Of a stretch of DNA of 51,452 bases, positions 29,484 to 38,936 are shown one piece after another. Where the stretch lies: the IMG/VR virus record IMGVR_UViG_3300046171_000140, positions 1 through 51,452 of that record. One strand, written 5' to 3'. This DNA comes from a virus (taxonomy: Duplodnaviria; Caudoviricetes). The number at the start of each line of letters is the position of its first letter. The first letter of the stretch is position 1. Position numbers and translations under genes: made by a program. Below the pieces are notes generated by a model that was given only the letters and a program-made list of their open reading frames with translations, was not told the origin of the DNA and made no database searches.

Positions 29484-29918
29484 ATGGGTTTTCCTTTTGA
29501 AATAATAACTATGTTGGGCTCTACAATTCTTGGTGGAGTTATGAGCATATGGGCAGATAGCAGAAAAGCTAAAGAAGAACAACAAAGAATGCTTATTACT
29601 AGAGGTGAGTTTGAAATGAAAGCAGTTAAAGCTGCAAGAGATAATAAAGATAAAGGTTTTCAATGGACTCGTAGAATTATAGCATTAACAGCTGTATTTG
29701 CTATAGTAGTTTTACCCAAACTTGTAGCTGTATTTTCACCTGATGTAGATGTTACTGTAGGTTATACAGTTTTTCATCCGGGATTTTTATTCTTTACAAG
29801 TGACAGAGAAGCTTTTGAATGGATAACTTTTAAAGGTTTAGTAATAACACAGCTAGATACTAATTTAGTATCAGCTATTATTGGTATGTATTTTGGTGGG
29901 AGTTTAGTTAAAAAATAG
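29484..29918 (+). CDS. Holin-like membrane protein
   Basis: Three hydrophobic segments, WTRRIIAL and AIIGMYFGGS motifs. Confidence 0.6.
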   Translation: MGFPFEIITMLGSTILGGVMSIWADSRKAKEEQQRMLITRGEFEMKAVKAARDNKDKGFQWTRRIIALTAVFAIVVLPKLVAVFSPDVDVTVGYTVFHPGFLFFTSDREAFEWITFKGLVITQLDTNLVSAIIGMYFGGSLVKK

Positions 29919-29929
29919 TAGGAGAAATA

Positions 29930-30862
29930 ATGAAAAGAGGGTTGTTTTTAATAGCAGGGATACTATTAACATTTAATATACAAGCAGTGCAAACAGGAGA
30001 TTGTACAGCTGGTACTCAATATTGTGAACAAAATAGTTTAGGTACTACTAATAGTACAACTACTGTAAATACAAATACAAATAATAATACTAATAACAAT
30101 ACAAATATTAACACAAATACAAATACTAATACAAATAATAATACTAATACTAATACCTCAACAAATACTAATAGCAATACTAACGTAAATACTTCTACTT
30201 CTACAGCATCTTCAACTGTAAATTCTACTGTTTCTCAAACAGCTACAAATACAAATAATAACAATAACATTAATTCTACTACTGCTAATAATACTAATAC
30301 TAATAATAGTAATAGTACTTCAGCAGTGACTACTAATAATACTAACAGTAATAATAATATTAATAGCAATACTAATAATAACAACAACACTTCTACTTCT
30401 ACACAAACTGTTAAACAAGAAGTTACATCTCCTCCAGCTTCAGCAATAGCTCCAAGCATTATGTCTTACTCTCAAGACCTTTGTACTACTGGAGTATCAG
30501 GTGCGTTTCAAGGGCAACTTTTTGGTTTATCTGGTGGTAAAGCTGTTAGAGATGAAAATTGTGAACGATTAAAACTTTCTAAATATTTATATGATACTGG
30601 TATGAAAGTTGCAGCAGTATCTATTCTTTGTCAAGACTCTAGAGTATTTAAAGCTATGAGTAATGCAGGAACTCCATGTCCTTATAAAGGTAAAATAGGA
30701 GAAGAAGCTAAAATTGCATGGGCTAATAATGTAGAAGAAACTCCTACTTATAAAGAAGATTTAAAAAGTTATGTTAATAAATGTACTAGAACAAAAACTA
30801 TTAAAGGTATTTCTAAATCTTCTAGAACTTGTAAAAAAGAGTTTCATTCTAAAAACAACTAG
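29930..30862 (+). CDS. Exported Cys-rich protein with Asn/Thr low-complexity linker
   Basis: Signal-peptide-like N-terminus, ~120-aa N/T/S tract, PPASAIAPS...DENCERLKLS...AGTPCP domain. Confidence 0.75.
   Translation: MKRGLFLIAGILLTFNIQAVQTGDCTAGTQYCEQNSLGTTNSTTTVNTNTNNNTNNNTNINTNTNTNTNNNTNTNTSTNTNSNTNVNTSTSTASSTVNSTVSQTATNTNNNNNINSTTANNTNTNNSNSTSAVTTNNTNSNNNINSNTNNNNNTSTSTQTVKQEVTSPPASAIAPSIMSYSQDLCTTGVSGAFQGQLFGLSGGKAVRDENCERLKLSKYLYDTGMKVAAVSILCQDSRVFKAMSNAGTPCPYKGKIGEEAKIAWANNVEETPTYKEDLKSYVNKCTRTKTIKGISKSSRTCKKEFHSKNN
30040..30400 (+). repeat. Low-complexity (AAT/ACT/ACA)n tract encoding NT repeats
   Basis: Direct inspection; boundaries approximate. Confidence 0.85.
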
Positions 30863-32778
30863 TGAAAAATTTTTTACTAGCTTGTACTTTAATATTAAGT
30901 AGCTACACTTATTCTAATTTTATCTATGAGAATAATCAACCTCTTATAGATTTACGCAACGAATCCTCAATAACTAATCTTAATAGTGCAGATGACCAAA
31001 CTTCTGCTGTATTTTCTATTGGTTTTAATTTTAGTTTTTATGGTGAAACTTTTAACTCAGCTAGAATGGCAACTAATGGTTGTTTACATTTTTTAAGTAA
31101 TGGTACAACTTGTAATGATTATACTCCAGACCCATTACCTTATGCAACATATACAATGTATCCCTTTTGGACAGACTTAATAGGTGGTACAATGAAAGCT
31201 AAAGCTTTTAATGATAAAACAGTTTTTGGATGGTATGATAAAAAAGAATATAATAGAACATCGAGCAATAATTTTGAAGTTATTCTTTGGCATAATAGTT
31301 CTTTTGAATATAGATATGGTGCTTTGGATATTAATCGCCATGATGTACTAATAGGACATCAAGGTAATACTTTAGAAACTTATCAGTATTTATTTCACGA
31401 TGAATGTAGTACTGGTTCAACAAATGTATCTGGTGTTTGTGTAACTACAGACTGGAACAATACTTTATTTAATTCTACACTAGAAAATGGTGGTTCACTT
31501 TATAGTGACCAAGTAGTTTCTGGTGGTTATGTTGACCCTTGCATAGATAATCCTTTGTATTCAAATATGTGTGCTGGTTATTGGGAAGCTTATGATAATG
31601 AACAATGTGATTTAGACCCACAGTATGCTCCTTTTTGTGCCGGATATAGATTTGAACAAGATGTAGGCTATTTTGTTCAAGAAGAAGAATTTGATTATGG
31701 TTTTGAAGAATATGAATACATGGGCTATGATGAACCTATTGACTTTTCTTCTTCAGACTTGTATAATAGGAATGAAAACTTTGATTCTATATTAGAACCA
31801 AATTATTTTGAACCTATTGAAGTAATTAGTTTTTCAATTTTAGAAGAAGAATTACCTTTTGACTTATATCCTATTGAAGAATTAATTCCTTTAGAAGAAT
31901 TTTTACAAGTAAGAACTTATGATGAAATTATTAGAGAACCTCAAGAAGAAATGTTTATTGTTTTTGAAGAACTTGAAGAGTTTTTTGAAGAAACAATTAA
32001 CGAAATTCAACAAACTAATGAAGTCTTCGAGAATACAGAAAATCGTGAACAACATTTTTCCGAAGAAGAAACAACAGAAAGATTAGTAGAACGAGAAGAA
32101 ATTATTATTGAAGAAACTATTGAGATAGTTACTCCGATAACTGAAAAAAGTACTGTTAGAGTTTCAGCATTAAGTGTTGTTTCAGACACAATAAACACTG
32201 CAAAGAATAGTATTTCTGGTACAAATTCAGGAAATAATATACACGCAACTGGTAACACCATAAATTCAGGTGGTATAAGCTCCATAGGCTTCGATACAGG
32301 CTTAAACTTAACTGGTCCAGCAAGTTCTATAGACCAATTTAATAATAGCTCTATTGAGTCTTCTGAGTCTTCTGTAGCAACTACAAGTACAACAATAAAT
32401 ATTACTACTAATAGTAATAATCAAACTGAAACAAATGTTAATACTTCGTTGGCTATTAATGATAATAAATCAGAAGCTGACCAGATTGCTGATAAAATTC
32501 TTGCACAAAATATTGCTAATGCTCAAGAAGAAAATATAAAAGAACAGGAAAGTACAGGGCAATATGGTGAAGAAGATACAATAATAGCTTACATAAATTA
32601 CAATCCTTCTTTTAATAATTATCGTACAGTTATTATACCAAAAAATAATAATTGGTATGCCTCAAAAAGTATTTATATTGGTAATCAATTAGAAGATAAT
32701 ACTACAGGTTTTAATACTTTAACTTTAAAAAGTTTTCAAAGTTTAAGTAAATTAAAATCATTACAACCAAACTTATAG
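30862..32778 (+). CDS. Exported protein with NIDO/nidogen-like domain and acidic stalk
   Basis: Signal peptide; DD..S..FSIGFNFSFYG..F...MATNG...PFWTDL NIDO-like motif; Cys repeats CIDNPLYSNMC and CDLDPQYAPFC; Glu-rich region. Confidence 0.7.
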   Translation: MKNFLLACTLILSSYTYSNFIYENNQPLIDLRNESSITNLNSADDQTSAVFSIGFNFSFYGETFNSARMATNGCLHFLSNGTTCNDYTPDPLPYATYTMYPFWTDLIGGTMKAKAFNDKTVFGWYDKKEYNRTSSNNFEVILWHNSSFEYRYGALDINRHDVLIGHQGNTLETYQYLFHDECSTGSTNVSGVCVTTDWNNTLFNSTLENGGSLYSDQVVSGGYVDPCIDNPLYSNMCAGYWEAYDNEQCDLDPQYAPFCAGYRFEQDVGYFVQEEEFDYGFEEYEYMGYDEPIDFSSSDLYNRNENFDSILEPNYFEPIEVISFSILEEELPFDLYPIEELIPLEEFLQVRTYDEIIREPQEEMFIVFEELEEFFEETINEIQQTNEVFENTENREQHFSEEETTERLVEREEIIIEETIEIVTPITEKSTVRVSALSVVSDTINTAKNSISGTNSGNNIHATGNTINSGGISSIGFDTGLNLTGPASSIDQFNNSSIESSESSVATTSTTINITTNSNNQTETNVNTSLAINDNKSEADQIADKILAQNIANAQEENIKEQESTGQYGEEDTIIAYINYNPSFNNYRTVIIPKNNNWYASKSIYIGNQLEDNTTGFNTLTLKSFQSLSKLKSLQPNL

Positions 32779-32787
32779 GAGTATATT

Positions 32788-33120
32788 ATGGATTGGATGA
32801 ATAGTAAATTAAATCAATTAATTTTATTAGGAACTTTGTTAGCAACCATTGCTGGTGTTGGCTGGACAGGTGCTGAATTAATGGGTCGTTTAACAACAGT
32901 TGAAGAAGAAGTTAAAAATATTTCTACTACTGAAAACTCTGTTGAAGAAATAGAAAAAAGATTTGAAGCCATTGATGTAACTATCAAAGGTTTAGAAAAA
33001 AATATAGAAGAGTTAAAAGATGTTGATATAGCAGTCGCTAAAATTGAATCTGAAATAAAATCTATAAAGGAAAGCTTAAGTAAACTTGAAAAAAAATCAG
33101 GAAATCCTTTAGCACAGTAA
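32788..33120 (+). CDS. TM-anchored coiled-coil protein (spanin-like topology)
   Basis: N-terminal TM segment, heptad repeats, C-terminal NPLA. Confidence 0.65.
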   Translation: MDWMNSKLNQLILLGTLLATIAGVGWTGAELMGRLTTVEEEVKNISTTENSVEEIEKRFEAIDVTIKGLEKNIEELKDVDIAVAKIESEIKSIKESLSKLEKKSGNPLAQ

Positions 33121-33147
33121 TTTTAACTACCTCACTAAGGAGTAAAA

Positions 33148-33240
33148 GTGGGTCATAATAATAAAGAGGATATCTGTGTCCTCTGTATCCTATTTTGGAT
33201 TACAATAACAGTAATATACACTGCAATAGCCAGTATTTAA
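33148..33240 (+). CDS. 30-aa hydrophobic peptide, last + strand gene
   Basis: SD AAGGAG, GTG start, MGHNNKEDICVLCILFWITITVIYTAIASI; its stop overlaps the convergent gene's stop. Confidence 0.5.
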   Translation: MGHNNKEDICVLCILFWITITVIYTAIASI

Positions 33241-33473
33241 TTATTCATAACACGAGCATTTAAACATTCTTCAATATGAGAATGTATTGTATCTAACTTT
33301 TGTGTTGCTTCTCGTAATACAATTTTAAGTGTTTCAAATTCTTGTTTAGGCATATATTTTTCTAAAGCTTTAATATCAACATTTGTTCTTTCTGTAACAA
33401 GATTGCCACTTTTGTCATATAATAAAACATAACTTAATAACTTAGCTTCTTTTCTAGTCATTTTCATTTTCAA
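33237..33473 (-). CDS. Hypothetical protein
   Basis: ORF overlapping the end of nrdB. Confidence 0.6.
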   Translation of the reverse strand: MKMKMTRKEAKLLSYVLLYDKSGNLVTERTNVDIKALEKYMPKQEFETLKIVLREATQKLDTIHSHIEECLNARVMNN

Positions 33474-34437
33474 TTCCTACAAATTGTACTTGGTCTTGTC
33501 TTCCTCGAAGTCCTGCTTTCATATAAGAAGTAGCACGACCTTCAAAAAAGTTTTGATGCTCTACTCCCATGACTTCATCTAACCAAGGTAAAGGGTTTTC
33601 TCTTTGGTCAAAGTTAGTTTTTAATCCTAACTGTAATAATCTTCTATCAGCTATGTATCTATTATAAGCATACATATCTTTCTTAGTTAATCCTTGTATG
33701 TTGCCCATCTCAAAAACTAAGTCTAAGAATTTATCTTCTAACTCAACCATCTGTCTGCAGATATCATATATTTCTTTTTTAAATTCATCTGTCCAGATTT
33801 CTATGTTCTCTTGAATGAATTGTCTAAACAGTTTAGTCATAGCTTCAACGTGCATAGACTCATCACGAATAGAATAAGTTACTATCTGTCCCATGCCTTT
33901 CATCTTACCGAACCTTGGAAAGTTTAATAAGATTGCAAAGCTACTAAATAATTGTAGCCCTTCGGTAAAGGCTGAATAGACTGCTAAAGTTTTAGCTATA
34001 CTTCTTTTATCTTGTCTGGTAGTTTTAATATCATTAATGTATTCATGCTTGTCAGACATCTCTTCATACTCAGCAAAAGCTTTGTATTCATTGTCAGGCA
34101 TACCAACAGTATCAAGTAATAAACTATAAGCATGTTGATGGATAGACTCCATGTTTGCAAAAGAACCCATCATCATACGAGCTTCTGGCTTTCTAAATAT
34201 TCTCATGTATCTATCAATATACCCAGCACCAACATCAACATCTGATTGAGTAAACAATCTAAAGATTTGTGTTAGTAAATTCTTTTCCACATCTGAAAGG
34301 TCTTGCCAGTCTTTAACATCTGTATGTAGTGGCACGGACTCCGGCATCCAATGCATCTGATTCTGTAGGACGTAGTAATCAAACATCCATGCATCATCAA
34401 ACGGTTTATAGTATTCTCTATTATTTAGTAAACTCAT
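33454..34437 (-). CDS. nrdB: Ribonucleotide reductase class I beta subunit
   Basis: HWMPE, FTQSD, ESIHQHAY, EGLQLFSSF, RDESMH, NFFE motifs. Confidence 0.96.
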   Translation of the reverse strand: MSLLNNREYYKPFDDAWMFDYYVLQNQMHWMPESVPLHTDVKDWQDLSDVEKNLLTQIFRLFTQSDVDVGAGYIDRYMRIFRKPEARMMMGSFANMESIHQHAYSLLLDTVGMPDNEYKAFAEYEEMSDKHEYINDIKTTRQDKRSIAKTLAVYSAFTEGLQLFSSFAILLNFPRFGKMKGMGQIVTYSIRDESMHVEAMTKLFRQFIQENIEIWTDEFKKEIYDICRQMVELEDKFLDLVFEMGNIQGLTKKDMYAYNRYIADRRLLQLGLKTNFDQRENPLPWLDEVMGVEHQNFFEGRATSYMKAGLRGRQDQVQFVGIENEND

Positions 34438-34633
34438 AATCTAACTCCTTTAAAATTTTAATGTACTCTTGTGCTTCCGCATATTCTTTAAATAACTTAT
34501 CAATAGTCTCAACCGTATTAGGATGGTCGGCTACTGCAACAGGATTCGTAATGTATAGCTTAAGATTAGTCTTAGCTATCTTTTGTTGTGCTGAGTATTT
34601 TTCATACAAAGCTTCAAATAATTCATTATTCAT
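34421..34633 (-). CDS. Hypothetical protein (NPVAVADHP motif)
   Basis: Motif common in marine phages; coupled ORF. Confidence 0.7.
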   Translation of the reverse strand: MNNELFEALYEKYSAQQKIAKTNLKLYITNPVAVADHPNTVETIDKLFKEYAEAQEYIKILKELDYEFTK

Positions 34634-34841
34634 TTTCTAATTTCTTAGCTCCTTTTTTCATTTCATCCCACACTGTTATGGGTAACTTAATGTTCTTATT
34701 AAATAATTTAAGATAAGCATACTTAGTTTTTTCTGCTACCTCTACTACTTTATAACCAGACTTGACATGAGGGTGTTCATAGCCAGTAAAATAAACTTGA
34801 TATTTATTATCACTGATTCTTCTTTTATCAAACATAGTCAT
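34626..34841 (-). CDS. Hypothetical protein
   Basis: Coupled ORF (ATGA overlap). Confidence 0.6.
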   Translation of the reverse strand: MTMFDKRRISDNKYQVYFTGYEHPHVKSGYKVVEVAEKTKYAYLKLFNKNIKLPITVWDEMKKGAKKLENE

Positions 34842-34990
34842 CTGCCTTGGCCTTTATATTTTTTAAAACTTCTTCTTTTGTGTTTGTTCATCGTAGCTGT
34901 TGCTAAATTACCTTGACCTTGAGAAGTCTTCTTACCTCTGACACCAGTAACAGGGACATGGTTTTTAGTTGAAGCCCATCTAGTTGCCAT
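34838..34990 (-). CDS. 50-aa basic peptide (KKYKGQGR), paralog A
   Basis: MATRWASTKNHVPVTGVRGKKTSQGQGNLATATMNKHKRRSFKKYKGQGR; paralog at 43657-43809. Confidence 0.8.
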   Translation of the reverse strand: MATRWASTKNHVPVTGVRGKKTSQGQGNLATATMNKHKRRSFKKYKGQGR

Positions 34991-35126
34991 TTTTATAATA
35001 AACTTCTACAAAAGCTTCACATTTAGGACAAGACAGGTTAGTAACTATACTATACTCTGAACATTCTTCCTCAATGTCATGGTCTCCACCCCATATTAAT
35101 TCTGTACTACAATGCCAACAATTCAT
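34980..35126 (-). CDS. 48-aa zinc-ribbon peptide
   Basis: MNCWHCSTELIWGGDHD...NLSCPKCEAFVEVY, two CxxC motifs. Confidence 0.75.
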   Translation of the reverse strand: MNCWHCSTELIWGGDHDIEEECSEYSIVTNLSCPKCEAFVEVYYKNGN

Positions 35127-35130
35127 TTAC

Positions 35131-37022
35131 CTATCCTTCACAAGCTATACAACCCTCATCAAGTTTAATACGAGGTATTTTAACATTTACATTCTCTGCA
35201 TTTCTAGCAGCATTAGACCTAAAGTAATATAAAGACTTTAGTTTGTTCATACCATACCAGTGTACATCATTAACGTACTGCATGTACTCATCGTGAACTT
35301 CCTGTGGCTCTGTAGCTTTGGGAAGTGTAAAGAAAAGATTAACTGACTGTGCTTGACATATAAACTCTTGACGTTTAGATGCATGTTCTATAATCCATAT
35401 CTGGTCTATCTCATTAGCAGTTTTAAATACTTCTTTTTCATCATCTGTTAAGATATCAAGGTGCTGTACTGAACCTTCATTACCTGCAATGTCTTTCCAC
35501 AATGCAGTCAACTCATCTTTCTTTAAACCTTTATCTTGTAATACCTCTTCTAGGTATTTGTTCTTAACTTGGAACGAACCACTGAGAGTCTTGTGCGTAT
35601 AAACGTTAGCACGATATGGCTCAATCGAAGGAGACGTACCACCACATATGATACTAGAACTAGCGTTAGGAGCAACAGCGAGTAGATGAGCATTCCTCCT
35701 GCCACTACCATTGACATCAGGAGCTTCTCCCCTTTCGTCAGCAAGTCTTTCAGAAGCTCTGGTTGCTTGTGTCTTAATGTATTTAAATGCTTTGTAATTA
35801 AAGCCCGTAGCGAAGATACCTTCAAATGGAATGTTGCGTGATTGGAGATACGAATGGAATCCCATCGCACCAAGACCCAACGACCTTTCTCTATAAGCCG
35901 AGTAGGCAGATTTAGTAAAGCCTTCTTTGCCCTGCTTAATATGTTTTTGAAACCTTTTAAAGTTTGCATTGTACTCTCCTAAGTTATCTGTGTCAACAGC
36001 GTTATCAATGTAATGTTGTAGAACGTTGTCAAGCATGGTAATTAAATCTTCAATGAACAAAGGGTTCTCACTCCACTCATCAAAGTATTCTAAGTTTACA
36101 GAAGATAAACAACACACTGCTGTTCGTTCTTCATTTGTAGGTAAAGTAATCTCAGAACAAAGATTGCTCTGTTTGATTTCTAATCCTAAATCTTTTTGTT
36201 GTTTAGGTAATGCTTCATTACATCTATCTATATTACCATGTAAGGCTCACCTGTCTCTGCTCTAGCATTAATGATCTGCCACCATAAGTCTCTAGCATTA
36301 ACAATCTTAGTAGGCTCGTTAGTCTTAGGGTCAATCAATCTCAAGTCTGCATCTTCTTCAACAGCTTTCAAGAACTCATTGGTAATGTTGATACCATTGT
36401 GAAGATTAAGATTCTTACGATTGATATCTCCACCAGATTCTTTACGCATGTTAATGAACTCTTCAATCTCTGGATGAGATATGTCCATGTAAGCTGCATA
36501 AGAACCACGTCTTGTAGTGCCTTGATTAAAGGCTAACATCTGTGAATCTACTACATGGATGAAAGGAATTGAACCAGTAGACTTACTACCGTGAGTAGTA
36601 GAAATACCGTTACTCCTAATGTCTCCCCAATATCCACCAATACCTCCACCCGAACTTGCCAACCAAATATTCTCGTCATAATGATCTGATAGACCAGTCC
36701 TGCTATCAGGTACATAATTGAGGAAACAGCTAATAGGAAGACCACGACTTGTTCCCCCGTTACTAAGTATAGGAGTGCTAAACATGAACCAACAAGAGGA
36801 ACTGTAGTGATAAAGTCTTTGAGCCAATTCAAAATCTGTGTGACCTTTGTAGGTGGCTGCGAAGACTGATGCTCTGGCAAATGCTTCTTGTGCATGTGTT
36901 TCATTCTCCCATAAATATCTATCCTTGAGTGTGTCAAGGCTAAACTTATCTAAATTTTTTTCGTTACTATAATTAATTTTTATACCAAGATATTCCTTGA
37001 TACCTACTTTATCATCTACCAT
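35131..37022 (-). CDS. nrdA: Ribonucleotide reductase class I alpha subunit, split by a 1-nt frameshift near 36233
   Basis: STPILSN, PISCFL, GGGIG, TGEPY in the 5' part; restoring one A gives NIDRCN...QSNLCSEI...AVCCLSS, APNASSS, KSLYY and C-terminal CIACEG. Confidence 0.95.
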
Positions 37023-37288
37023 TATGAGTTCTCTGTGTCGTGAATGTTAAGCATTATTATACCATAATGTAAGATTTTTAGCAAGTCTTTTCTGTTCTTT
37101 CCATCTTTATTTCCATAGCGTTTAGCGTACTTCATAATATTACCAAGACTAAAGCCCTCACCATGTCCCGAATCAATAATAACATCGGTAGCCTGATATT
37201 TATCGGATGCATAATGCTGACTGTATGTAGCATCAATGTATTCTTTTAGTTCAATTATATGTCTGCGTTCATTAAATTTATAATCCAT
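37022..37288 (-). CDS. DUF3310-like protein
   Basis: HY...GFSLGNIMKYAKRYGNK.G.NRKDLLKILHY signature; SD GGAG before ATG 37288. Confidence 0.75.
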   Translation of the reverse strand: MDYKFNERRHIIELKEYIDATYSQHYASDKYQATDVIIDSGHGEGFSLGNIMKYAKRYGNKDGKNRKDLLKILHYGIIMLNIHDTENS

Positions 37289-37718
37289 AGTTACTCCATT
37301 CCATAGGTAGTGTGTCTTCACTATACCATCTAAAATTATTTTTTTCAGCCCATTCAGCATGGGTTCGTTTTGTTCTGTCTTTTCTCATCTTAGCTCCGGG
37401 CATAGGTGCATAAGGTTTTTGAAATAAAAACACTAACTCAGTGTCCTTTGGTAGTGCTGTTCTTATATGTATGTACTTACTATACTCAGGATAGTCCCAA
37501 AACCTACCTTTAGCTTCAAGTAAAATAGTTTGACCATCAATTACTTTAACAAAGTCCGGCTCGTATTTATGTTTAACAATGTAATCATACAGTTCCCAAT
37601 GATGTTCCCAATCTTTAAGAACTGTCTCATGTAGTTTAACTTCCCATAAACTATCGTAGCCTTTCGGCACACCTGTTTTTTTAGGTCTCGGTTTACGAGG
37701 TTTTCTAAAGCCTACCAT
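37278..37718 (-). CDS. Endonuclease I-like Holliday junction resolvase (T7 gp3-like)
   Basis: YDSLWE...YEPDF...LLEAKGRF...AEWAEKNNF. Confidence 0.85.
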   Translation of the reverse strand: MVGFRKPRKPRPKKTGVPKGYDSLWEVKLHETVLKDWEHHWELYDYIVKHKYEPDFVKVIDGQTILLEAKGRFWDYPEYSKYIHIRTALPKDTELVFLFQKPYAPMPGAKMRKDRTKRTHAEWAEKNNFRWYSEDTLPMEWSNYGL

Positions 37719-38530
37719 TATAATACAAGTCTAGATGAGTCATAGTTCTTGACTAGCTTCCAATAAGTTAGCATAGCATTAAACATTCCTAAGTGTTTGC
37801 TTTGTGATTCTCTGTCCCAAACAAAAGGAAGAACCAAGCCTGTATCTTTTCTATCTACAAATATAGATACTCGTTCAACATCATCAAAGCCACAGCCTTG
37901 AGCATATGCTGACAACTGCATTCCATGTTCATCAAACACCAACTTCGCTGGGTCTTTACCTTTTAGATTATCTTTTGTTTTAAAATCTATAAATATTCCT
38001 GACTTAGAATACAAGTCTATCTTCCCACCATAACCTTCATCAGCACAGAAAGAATCTTCTGCTATCCACTCTTCATTAGGGAAAGTTTTATCTAAGTATT
38101 TCTTGATTGCTTTGTAAGGTTTCGTTTTAGTTTTACCTAGAAAACCTTTCTCAATCATACCATGTATCTTAGTTCCTTGTTGAGCAGCTTGGATACCTAT
38201 TTGTTTAGAATCTGTTTGACATCTGTAATAAAAAGACTCAAAAGATTCATCTTCATATCTTTCTAACGTAAGTGCTGATTTTAAAGCTTGGTCAATCTTC
38301 CAATTTTCTAAAGATGGTTTAGCTATCATACTTATTATAGTAGTTACTGATGGTACAAAACCTTCTTTCTTAGCATCTCTAAGAGTAGTGTTTCTTTCTT
38401 TACCATTAGCACCTATAATAGTATATTTAGGTTCTCCGTCTTGGTCATACCAATGACCTGACTCAGAGGTAAACTTATTATAATTATCTGTAACTAAATT
38501 GTCAACCTTTTTGTTAGTCTTTTTCGTCAT
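37718..38530 (-). CDS. PD-(D/E)XK exonuclease
   Basis: PSVTTI, GTKIH, YGGKIDL, IDFKT, QLSAY motifs. Confidence 0.85.
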   Translation of the reverse strand: MTKKTNKKVDNLVTDNYNKFTSESGHWYDQDGEPKYTIIGANGKERNTTLRDAKKEGFVPSVTTIISMIAKPSLENWKIDQALKSALTLERYEDESFESFYYRCQTDSKQIGIQAAQQGTKIHGMIEKGFLGKTKTKPYKAIKKYLDKTFPNEEWIAEDSFCADEGYGGKIDLYSKSGIFIDFKTKDNLKGKDPAKLVFDEHGMQLSAYAQGCGFDDVERVSIFVDRKDTGLVLPFVWDRESQSKHLGMFNAMLTYWKLVKNYDSSRLVL

Positions 38531-38936
38531 TACTTAATTCCTTAAATGCTTTTATTACGTCAGTTGAAAATAACTTTTGTAGATTTACTAAGTACATTCT
38601 ACTTGCTTTGTTATCTCCACCTGCTACTGTTTTAAATGTATCTAACTTGTCAACAATTTTCTTTAATACATCAGTATGAAATACTAAAGTACAATATTCA
38701 TTGTCACCAATACATAAATTATGAAACCAATAATCAGATTCAGTTGCATTAATCCCAGAAGGTTTTCCCCAAGACTCATATTCAATACAAACATTACCTG
38801 TTTTTTGCCATAAATCTCTTTCTGATTTTACTTCTATCTTTTTATTAGTTAGCATTTCTGCTATTTTTTCTTCTCTAATTGTACCATATTGTAAGTCAAG
38901 GTCGAACTTTTTTCTATCTTTTTTAGTGGGTTTCAT
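38514..38936 (-). CDS. Conserved protein, probable restriction-endonuclease-like fold
   Basis: FDLDL..G...E...IEVKSE...TGNVCIEY...PSGI.ATESDYW. Confidence 0.7.
   Translation of the reverse strand: MKPTKKDRKKFDLDLQYGTIREEKIAEMLTNKKIEVKSERDLWQKTGNVCIEYESWGKPSGINATESDYWFHNLCIGDNEYCTLVFHTDVLKKIVDKLDTFKTVAGGDNKASRMYLVNLQKLFSTDVIKAFKELSNDEKD

Noticed and set aside
35550-35969. 139-aa alternative-frame ORF inside nrdA (also 36551-36937)
   Set aside because: Off-frame overlaps of a highly conserved gene with no recognisable features.
36228-36230. Stop-codon reassignment or intron explaining the split nrdA
   Set aside because: The downstream half is in a different frame, no sequence is inserted, and TAA, TAG and TGA all end genes normally elsewhere.
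37718-38530. Cas4-like nuclease as part of a CRISPR system
   Set aside because: It is a standard phage PD-(D/E)XK exonuclease within the replication module, with no array or other cas genes.
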